This document shows positions 1 to 12,000 of a stretch of 64,000 nt of DNA, piece by piece; position 1 is the stretch's first letter, and each line of letters begins with the position of its first letter. Position numbers and translations under genes: made by a program. The notes beneath the pieces are model-generated. The model was not told the origin of the DNA, made no database searches, and saw only the letters and a program-made list of their open reading frames with translations. Location of the stretch: contig JAAYDY010000072.1 in assembly GCA_012729015.1 (NCBI GenBank), positions 8,920 to 72,919 of the forward strand, given 5' to 3'. The stretch is from Phycisphaerae bacterium. GTDB lineage: Bacteria; Planctomycetota; Phycisphaerae; FEN-1346; JAACEH01.

Positions 1-3662
<3,662 letters not shown>

Positions 3663-4017
3663 CCGGATAGCGCTCCCTGACGACGTGAGGTGGCTCGGAC
3701 CCAGGCAGCATGCACGTGTTGCTTCGGCTGCGCGGCGGCCGGTCGGCGCGGACTCAGGCAAGTCCGGCCGGGGCGTCGCGTTGCCTGGACTCCGGCTGCG
3801 CCGCCTGCGGCCGTCGGGGTCATCGGCGCGCGCCGCAGGCGTGCAACGGGCTCCAGTTCGAAGCGAGAACTGACACTGAAACAGCGAATTCGCCTCGGTC
3901 ATGTTATCGGACGAAGGCGACGGGCATCTTCTGTCATTTTGCACCGAGAGGGCAGGACGTGTGACCAGGAATTCCGGCACGCGGTCCGGTCCTTCTGGCC
4001 AGCTTACGCACCACGCG

Positions 4018-4875
4018 CTACGCCACGACGTTCGACAGGCAGCCGAGGCCGCTGATCCGGCACTCGACGACGTCGCCTGGGCGGAGGAACTGCTGGGGTT
4101 GCGTGTAGTAGCCCACGCCGCTGGTGGTGCCGAGGGACACGCAGTCGCCGGGTTCGAGCGTCTGGCTCTGGCTGATGAAGCTGATGACCTCGGCCGGGGA
4201 AAAGATCATGTCGTCGCCGGCAATGCAGTGCTGCACGCGTCGGCCGTTGACGTGACACTGGAGCTCCATGGTGCGCCAGTCGGGGGCCTCGTCGAGCGTG
4301 ACCAGGTACGGGCCCATCGGGGCGAACGTGTCGGCGCTCTTGGCGCGGTACCATTGCGGCACGGCGAACTGCCAGTCGCGGGCCGAGACGTCGTTCATGA
4401 TCGTATAGCCGGCGACATACTCCATCGCCTCGTCGGCGGAGACGTTCTTCGTTTCGCGGCCGATCACGGCGCACAGTTCCACCTCCCAGTCCACCTGGCT
4501 CGTGCCGGCGGGGATGCGGATGACCTTGCCGGGGCCGGTCAGGGCCGTGACGGCCTTGGCGAACAGGATGGGGACGGTCGGCACGGGCTTGTCGTTCTCG
4601 GCACAGTGGGCCCTGGAGTTCAGGCCCAGGGCGACGATTTTGCCGGGCCGGTCCACGGGCGCGTAGAGGGGCGTGTCGGGCGGCAGGATGGCGTCGGGCC
4701 GCACGGACGCAAGGTCCATGGCGCGCAGCTCGTCGAGCTTGCCGTCGCGCAGGAGGTCGATGACCCGTCGCGGCCCCTTCGGCCAGAGCTTAAACACGTC
4801 CACGAGGCCTCGCTCGGTGACCACGGCTGCCCGACGGCACATCGAACACGGTCCGTCAATCGTTACCAGTCGCAT
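4018..4875 (-). CDS. Fumarylacetoacetate hydrolase (FAH) family protein
   Basis: ORF 4018..4956, trimmed to MRLVTIDG... at 4875. FAH-type stretches include GKIVALGLNSRAHCAE, DWEVELCAVIGRE, GYTIMNDVSARDWQ and GDVVECRISGLG. Confidence 0.85.
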   Translation of the reverse strand: MRLVTIDGPCSMCRRAAVVTERGLVDVFKLWPKGPRRVIDLLRDGKLDELRAMDLASVRPDAILPPDTPLYAPVDRPGKIVALGLNSRAHCAENDKPVPTVPILFAKAVTALTGPGKVIRIPAGTSQVDWEVELCAVIGRETKNVSADEAMEYVAGYTIMNDVSARDWQFAVPQWYRAKSADTFAPMGPYLVTLDEAPDWRTMELQCHVNGRRVQHCIAGDDMIFSPAEVISFISQSQTLEPGDCVSLGTTSGVGYYTQPQQFLRPGDVVECRISGLGCLSNVVA

Positions 4876-4996
4876 CGTATCTCCCCAGCGTGCGCCGTCC
4901 TCCGCCGCGAGGCACACTTTGGCACCGGCTCCGCCCCTCGACTGTGCTCGGGCCAAGCCGTCGCTCCAAAGTGTGACACCCCAGAACGGGCGGGGT

Positions 4997-5090
4997 GTCG
5001 GGTCTGTTGAGCCGACCTACGCGTTGTTGGCCCGATCTGCACTGTCGGGTCTGTTGACCCGACCTACATGCTGTCGGCCCGACCTGCACG
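4997..5090. repeat. Tandem direct repeat, 2 x 47 nt, in the divergent intergenic region
   Basis: Copy 1 (4997-5043) is gtcgggtctgttgagccgacctacgcgttgttggcccgatctgcact. It is immediately followed by copy 2 (5044-5090), gtcgggtctgttgacccgacctacatgctgtcggcccgacctgcacg. Each copy carries a TTGA(G/C)C -35-like hexamer. Confidence 0.8.
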
Positions 5091-5232
5091 CTTGTCGCAT
5101 TACAATAGCAGGGTGGGCGCAGGAGTCAACGCTTTGGCCGCCACGGCGTGCCGCCGGGGGCGTTTCAGTACCGGGGCGGCGCCGAGGCCATGGCCTGGGC
5201 ATTGCCAGGATGGGGCCCTTAAGGAGGAAGTC

Positions 5233-7131
5233 ATGATTGCTCGTCTGTGCTCGCGGATACTGGTGGCGGCGATGTGTCTGTGCTGGGGGACATGGGTCTC
5301 GGCGGCGACGTACTACGTCGATTTCGCCGGCGGCGACAACGCCGGCGACGGCCTCTCGCCGGAGACTGCCTGGAAGCACGCTCCGGGAGACTCCCGGGCC
5401 ACCGACACACCGGCGGCCGTCAAACTCGCCCCGGGCGACACGGTGGTCTTCCGAGGGGGCGTGGCCTACCACGGGTCCATCAGCGTGACCAGCTCGGGCG
5501 AGGCAGGCAAGCCGATCACCCTGGACGGCAACACGGCGGGCGCCTTCGGCTCCGGGCGGGCCGTTCTGGACGGCGGCCGGGTCATTACGGGCTGGCGTCG
5601 CTGCGAATCGGCGGCCGAGGCCCGGGGCCATGCGCGATGGCGCGACCTTTTCTACGCCGACATCGACGTCGATCTCACGCCGAACGTGAGCCACGGCGAG
5701 TTCGTGGTCCACCGCCAGGCGCCGCGCGACCGGCAAGCGCCCTGGCAGCGGGTGATCCTGATCGACGGCGACCGCCGCCTGCTGCCGATCGCGCAGTTCC
5801 CGAAGCCCAAGGACGCCTTCTACCCGGATCTGCCAGGAGACTTCCTCCAGAGCAGCCGGCGTCTGGACGTGACCGATGCGGCGGCCGTCATCACCGACGA
5901 GACGAACCTGACGGCAGAGGACGCGGCGCACTACGACGGCATGTTCGTCGGCGTTCACGGCGGCAACAACCACGTCTATTTCGGCAAGGTCGTGCGCTAC
6001 GACCCGAAGGCGCACCAGGTGTACGTTCCGCGTTTCACGCCGACGACCTATCCGACCACGCGGTACGCGTTCTACAACTCGCCGCGTCTGATCGAGCAGC
6101 CGGGCGAGTGGGCGGTGGAGTCGATTGCGGGGGGGCGGTCGCGGGTCTACCTGATGCCGGAACGGCTGGAGAACGAGCAGCCGGTCAACATCGGGTTTCC
6201 GGAGTTCCAGACGGGGGTGTCGATTGATTCGGGGGCGTCGCATATCCAGGTGAAGGGGTTCCTGATTCAGCGTTACTCGGGCGGGGCCGGCGGGGTCTCG
6301 GTCAGCCGCAACACCCCCCGGGCCCATCATGTCGGCGTGTCGGACTGCGAAATTCGTTTCGTCAGTGGGCATGCCGGCGTCGGCCTGAACCACTGCGACG
6401 ACATCGTGGTCGAGAAGTGCTTCATCCACCATTGCCCGGCCTGGACGACGGGGGTCTTTCTGAGCCGGGTCAACCGGTACGAAGTGCGGGACTGCTACCT
6501 GGAGAAGAACTCCGGCAGCGGGATCCGGCATTACGAGTGCAAGGAAGGCGTGGTCCGGGGCAATGCGATTCTGGATCATTTCGGGATGCACTCCAGCGGG
6601 ATCAATGTGTACGAGGGTTGCGCCAACGTGCTCCTGGAGGGCAACTACGTGCAGAACACCGTGACGATCAACCGCAACGCCGAGAACATCGTATTTCGTA
6701 ACAACGTGATTGACGGCATGGGTCGGTCGGCGGTCTGCCTGGCGATGTGGGGCTCGGGGCGGACCGGGGGGCGTGACATCAAGAATGTGCAGTTTCTGAA
6801 CAACACGTTCGTGAACACGAATCCCGAGGTGGGCTGGGCGAGCGGCATCCTGGGCCAGCGGGGCAGGGGAGTCAGCTCCCCGCAGGACCTGGTCATTCGC
6901 GGCAACATCCTCGACCGCATCACCGACGACGTTAACGGGGTGTTCGAGAACAACCTCTACCTGCGTGACGTGGAGAAGCGGTTCATGGGAGAGGGCTGCC
7001 AGGTCGTCAAGGATCCGAAACTACTGTTCAAGGATGCGGCCAAGGGCGACTTCCGTCGGGCCGACGGCGGTCCGGCCATGGAGGCAGGAGCCAAGCTGCC
7101 TCCGCCTCCGGCGCGTCCGGCGGGATTCTGA
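5233..7131 (+). CDS. Secreted right-handed parallel beta-helix repeat protein (pectate-lyase-fold)
   Basis: ORF 5068..7131, trimmed to the ATG at 5233, which is preceded by aaggagg (5221-5227). Signal-peptide-like MIARLCSRILVAAMCLCWGTWVSAATYYVD. Repeated beta-helix rungs such as VSDCEIRF, IVVEKCFIHH, YEVRDCYLEKNSGSGI, VVRGNAI, LLEGNYV and VFRNNVI. Confidence 0.75.
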   Translation: MIARLCSRILVAAMCLCWGTWVSAATYYVDFAGGDNAGDGLSPETAWKHAPGDSRATDTPAAVKLAPGDTVVFRGGVAYHGSISVTSSGEAGKPITLDGNTAGAFGSGRAVLDGGRVITGWRRCESAAEARGHARWRDLFYADIDVDLTPNVSHGEFVVHRQAPRDRQAPWQRVILIDGDRRLLPIAQFPKPKDAFYPDLPGDFLQSSRRLDVTDAAAVITDETNLTAEDAAHYDGMFVGVHGGNNHVYFGKVVRYDPKAHQVYVPRFTPTTYPTTRYAFYNSPRLIEQPGEWAVESIAGGRSRVYLMPERLENEQPVNIGFPEFQTGVSIDSGASHIQVKGFLIQRYSGGAGGVSVSRNTPRAHHVGVSDCEIRFVSGHAGVGLNHCDDIVVEKCFIHHCPAWTTGVFLSRVNRYEVRDCYLEKNSGSGIRHYECKEGVVRGNAILDHFGMHSSGINVYEGCANVLLEGNYVQNTVTINRNAENIVFRNNVIDGMGRSAVCLAMWGSGRTGGRDIKNVQFLNNTFVNTNPEVGWASGILGQRGRGVSSPQDLVIRGNILDRITDDVNGVFENNLYLRDVEKRFMGEGCQVVKDPKLLFKDAAKGDFRRADGGPAMEAGAKLPPPPARPAGF

Positions 7132-7395
7132 TGCGGCGATGAGTGTATTATTGATCTAGCCCGATGAGGTCGTGGCGAACGCGCAGCGAATGTGAAGTGG
7201 ACAAAACCCCAGGGGCGGTGGTATGCTTCTGTGGGATTCGGCCGCTTGCGCTTGCGTGGCCTGGCGGGGTCTGCACGGCAGAGCGTAGCCGTAGGTCGGC
7301 AGGCCTGAATGGGACGGCGTTTCACCGGCCCTGCGAAATCCGCATCTCGTGACGTACCCTACAGGAGACTGGAGACAGTGGGAGAGCGAAGACGC

Positions 7396-8766
7396 ATGAG
7401 TGCGCCAACCGCCTCGGGCGGTCGGGGACCGATGTCGTTGGAGTCCTTCATGGAGACCGTGGTGGCCGGTTCTCCGGGCGAGAAGGAGTTCCATCAGGCG
7501 GTGCGGGAGGTGGCCAGGTCGGTGATGCCGGTCATCGCCGCCAACAAGGCCTATGCGGAGGCCCGGGTGCTGGAGCGCCTGGCGGTGCCGGATCGGGTCA
7601 TCGCGTTCCGGGTGACCTGGGTGGACGACCGCGGCGCGATCCAGATCAACCGCGGCTATCGCGTGCAGATGTCCAACGCAATCGGCCCGTACAAGGGCGG
7701 CCTGCGGTTTCACCCATCGGTGAATCTGGGGGTCCTGAAGTTTCTGGCCTTCGAGCAGGTGTTCAAGAACAGCCTGACGACCCTGCCGATGGGCGGCGCC
7801 AAGGGCGGCTCGGACTTCGACCCGCACGGTCGCAGCGACGGCGAGGTGATGCGGTTCTGCCAGGCGTTCATGAACGAGCTGTTTCGCCACATCGGGCCGG
7901 ACGTCGATGTGCCGGCCGGCGACATCGGCGTCGGCGGCCGGGAGATCGGGTACCTGTTCGGGCAGTACCGCAGGCTCACCAACCGGTTTCACGGCGTCCT
8001 GACGGGCAAGGGACTCAACCTGGGCGGCTCGCGGCTCCGCCCCGAAGCCACCGGCTACGGTACGGTCTACTTCGCGCAGGAGATGCTGGCCACGCGAGGC
8101 GACGCGCTGGCGGGCAAGACGGCCACTGTGTCGGGCTCGGGCAACGTGGCCCAGTACACGGTGGAGAAGCTCAACGAGTTCGGGGCCAAGGCCGTCACGT
8201 TGTCGGACTCGGGCGGCACGATCGTGGACCGCGAGGGGATTGTGCCCGAGAAGCTGGCCTGGGTGAAGGAACTCAAGAACGGCCGCCGCGGCCGCATCCA
8301 GGAGTACGCGGACCAGTTCAAAGGGGCCACGTACCTGGCGGGCCGGAGGCCCTGGTCGGTGCCGTGCGATCTGGCGTTTCCGTCGGCGACGCAGAACGAA
8401 CTGGACGGCGAGGACGCGGGGGCGCTGGTCAAGGGAGGCTGCCTGTGCGTCAGCGAGGGCGCGAACATGCCGTCCACGCCGGAGGCAATCGACGTTTTCC
8501 GCGAAGCCAGGATACTGTACGGCCCCGGCAAGGCGGCCAACGCCGGCGGGGTGGCGGTGTCGGGCCTGGAGATGACGCAGAACGCCGGTTGCATGCGTCG
8601 CGGCCGCGACGACGTGGACCGTCAGCTCCAGAGCATCATGAAGAGCATTCACGCCAATTGCGTGCGGTTCGGCCGCGAGGACGACGGCTTCGTCGATTAC
8701 CTCAAAGGGGCCAATATCGCCGGGTTCACGAAAGTTGCCGACGCCATCGTCGAACAAGGCGTGTGA
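7396..8766 (+). CDS. gdhA: NADP-specific glutamate dehydrogenase
   Basis: ORF 7309..8766. SLESFMETV...EFHQAVREV, KGGLRFHPSVNLGVLKFLAFEQVFKNSLTTLPMGGAKGGSDFDP and GYGTVYF are classic GdhA motifs. Start chosen at the ATG at 7396 (GGAGAG 10 nt upstream); 7432 is an alternative. Confidence 0.95.
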   Translation: MSAPTASGGRGPMSLESFMETVVAGSPGEKEFHQAVREVARSVMPVIAANKAYAEARVLERLAVPDRVIAFRVTWVDDRGAIQINRGYRVQMSNAIGPYKGGLRFHPSVNLGVLKFLAFEQVFKNSLTTLPMGGAKGGSDFDPHGRSDGEVMRFCQAFMNELFRHIGPDVDVPAGDIGVGGREIGYLFGQYRRLTNRFHGVLTGKGLNLGGSRLRPEATGYGTVYFAQEMLATRGDALAGKTATVSGSGNVAQYTVEKLNEFGAKAVTLSDSGGTIVDREGIVPEKLAWVKELKNGRRGRIQEYADQFKGATYLAGRRPWSVPCDLAFPSATQNELDGEDAGALVKGGCLCVSEGANMPSTPEAIDVFREARILYGPGKAANAGGVAVSGLEMTQNAGCMRRGRDDVDRQLQSIMKSIHANCVRFGREDDGFVDYLKGANIAGFTKVADAIVEQGV

Positions 8767-8796
8767 GGCGACGCCGCAGGGTGGCTGATCCGACAG

Positions 8797-8834
8797 GACG
8801 GCTCGCGATACGGTCTGCCGTGTCGCGAGCCGTC
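8797..8834 (+). terminator. Putative terminator hairpin between convergent gdhA and the helicase gene
   Basis: Perfect 12-bp inverted repeat, gacggctcgcga (8797-8808) and tcgcgagccgtc (8823-8834), with a 14-nt loop, 30 nt after the gdhA stop. There is no clear U-tract. Confidence 0.4.
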
Positions 8835-9042
8835 GCGTTACGTGAACGGGCGTCGCGCGCAGTCAGCCACATGATGGCGGGTGACATGGCCACGCATGCG
8901 TGGCCGGCAGCCCCGCGTATGGCGAGGATGCGTCGATTGGAATCGGAATGGAGCCAATCGGCGAGTGCTCTCGATCACTCTTCGTTCGTCGCGAGGCCTT
9001 CACCTGTCACGTCGTGCGCCGCCTGGCCAGCACTTCCTTCTC

Positions 9043-12000
9043 CTACTCTTTGTTCGGTACGGGTTTCTCGCTGTAGCCCTTGCCGAGCTTCTGACGGATC
9101 AGCTTCCTGGCAGTGTGAGCGGCGGTGACGTTGTCGGCAAAGACCTTCTTCTGGGTCTGTCCTCGAGCGCCGATGCGGCCGAAGCGGACGGTCACGGTGC
9201 GATCATCGAGGGCGACCTCCCAGAACTTGGCGGAGTTCCCGCCGACGAATTCGAAATAGCGCGCGAAGGGCTGGATGACCAAGGGCACCGGAGCGGCGGG
9301 GCGCTGCGGCGCACCGTCGCCGGGCGGCATTTCGCTGTGGGGCGGCGGCTGCCCCTCGGGCGTCGCCTCGGCGTCGGGCTCGGGCTCGTCGGGGCCGTCG
9401 AACTCGGCCCAGGCATCTTCCGTGTCGTCTTCCTCGGGCTCGACCTGCGGCGGTTCCTCGTCCTGTTCGACGGCTTGCACCAGGTGCTCCAGCACGGCGG
9501 CGCGGTCGCGATACCAGTCGCAGGAGAGGACGTGCGTGATGCGCCAGCCGAAAGCCTGCAGCAGTTGCGGCCGCATCATGTCGCGCTCCAGCAGATCCTC
9601 CTGCTGATAGTGGGTGGCGGTGTCGACCAGGATGCCCAGGCGGTAGTGTGGATCGCCGTGGCGACGCGCGGCGACGTCGCAGCGGAAGTGCGACATGCCG
9701 ACACCGGTGGCCACCGCGTAGCCGCGTTCCCGCAGGGCCGCGGCGACCTGTTCGACGACCGGGCTGGGCGGCGGCTCGTGGACCTCCTGGAGGTCGCGCC
9801 AGACGGCCAGTTCGCGGAGGATGCGCTGGCTTGCGGCCACGTCGCCGACGGAGCACGCGGCGGCATAGCGCAGGTAGCTCTTCAGGCAATTGGCCCCGTC
9901 GTTGTAGTCGTTGGTGATGTCGCTATGGTGGATTGAGCTGACCACGGCCATGTGGTGTTTGGCGCGGCTGAAGGCGACGTTCAGCCGCTTCTCGCCGCCG
10001 CTCTGGTTGATGGGGCCGAAGTTCATGCGCATCTTGCCGTCGGGGGCGTAGCCGTAGCAGACGCTGAGGATCATCACGTCGCGTTCGTCGCCCTGGATGT
10101 TCTCGAGGTTTTTCACCAGCAAGCCGACGAACTGGCCGTCGACCTCGCGCTCGGTCTCTTCTTCGAGCCGCTCGGCGAAGGCGGCGTCCTCGGCGGCCAG
10201 GCGCGACAGGGCGGAGGTGATCTCGTTCTGCTGGGCCTCGCTGAAGGCCACGATGCCGATGCTGTAGCCGCAGCCGCCCAGCAGAAGTCCGCGGACGAGA
10301 TGCGCGATGTAGTCGGCCTCGGCCCGGTTGCGGCGGTTGTCATAGAGGCCGCCGGAGAGGTAATGGAAACTGACGGGCCGGTCGAGGAGCCGGGCGACGT
10401 TGTCCTTCCCGTCGCCCGGGTCGGCGGCCACGATCTCTTCGTGAGTGCTGACGGTCACCTGCTCTTCGGGCACGGTCAGCAGGCGGCCCTGGTAGAAGGC
10501 CCAGTTGGAGAAGCTGATCAGGGACTCCGAGCGGCTCCGGTAATGCCAGCCGAGCATGCGCGACGGCAGGTTTCTGGCCGCGTGGGCGAGGAAGCTGTTG
10601 CTCGAGAGGTCGTACTCGAACGTCTGGCCATTCTCGCTGAGGAGCAGTCCGTCTTCGTCCTCGTCCTGGCCCTTGGCGGAGAAGAAGTCGGTGGGTGGCA
10701 GCTGCATCTCGTCGCCGACGACGATGGCCTGCCGGGCGCGGAACACCGAGGGGACGGCCTCCTCCAGTGTGATCTGGCTGGCCTCGTCGAAGATGACCAC
10801 GTCGAAAGCGTCGGTCTTCAGGGGCAACGTGTCGGAGACGCTCAGCGGGCTCATCAGCCAGATCGGCTTGAGGTCCTCGAGCACCAGGCCGGTGTCGCCG
10901 GTGGCCAGGTCGCGGATGGACTTGTGCCGCATGACCTTGCCGAACTCGTGCTCCAGTTCCCTGCGGCCGCGGCGGAAGGCGGCCTTGAACTCCTTCTGCT
11001 CTTCGGTCAGCGAGGCGGCCGGCAGCGACGCGACATGGACGTGCTCCAGGAACCTCTGCCGGGCCATCTCCAGCACCGAAGCGGCGTTGACCTCCTGCCA
11101 CTTGCGCGACAGCCGGGCCAGGCGGTCGACCTGGGCATCGCGGACGGCGCCTGTGAAGTGGTGCAGCGTGCGGTTGGCGCGGAAGAGCCGGGCGACGGCG
11201 GCGTGGGCCATGGCGGCCTCGAGGCCCGCGGCATCGAGCTCCATCGTCCGGAAGGCGTGGGCGAGGCGTTGCGGCAGCCGAGCGAGGCGGCCCAGGCAAA
11301 AGAGGAAGTCGCCCAGGGCGTCGAGCGACTGCTCGACGGTCCACAGGTCCTTCCGCAGCCCGTCGAGCGGTCGCTCCTCGAAGTCGTCCAGGACGGCGGC
11401 GCAAGCCTCGCGAAGTTCCTGGGCCACCTGCCGCATGCCGAGCAGGGGCTCGACGAGTTGCCGGGGCTGTTCGGAGCGGAGCACGGCCTGATGCAGCGTC
11501 TGGAGGCCTCCGGCGACACCCTGGGCGGCGCGGCGCCCGAGCTGGACCTGCTGCTGAACGGTCTGCAGCGGCCGGTCGACGGCCAGTATCCGGCAGAGTG
11601 CCGCCTCGGCGGCGGCCAGGGCGTCCTCGGCCTGGTACTCGGCCTCCAGCGCCATGAGCACCTGGGACCATCGCGGCCGCATGACGTGGTCGGCGAAGCG
11701 GTAGCGTTTGCCGAGGGCCTTCCTCAGCCGCCACCAGGCCGGGTTGAGGAACGCCAGAAGGCGGCCCTCGAGGGCCTGGGCCTGCTCCAGCGCCGGGCGG
11801 ACCTCCTGCGGCGGCAGCTTCTCGATCCAGTGTGTGGTTGCCTGGCGGGCGTGGGCGAGCGCGGCCTGCGAGACCTCCAGTTGCTTCAGGCCCTCGGCCA
11901 TGCGCTGCGAAAGCGGACTGCCGGGATCCAGCAGGGCCACCAGGCCTGCGGCGGCGAGCGGCTCGACCGCCGCGGCGTACTGGACGAGGGTCTCGACATC

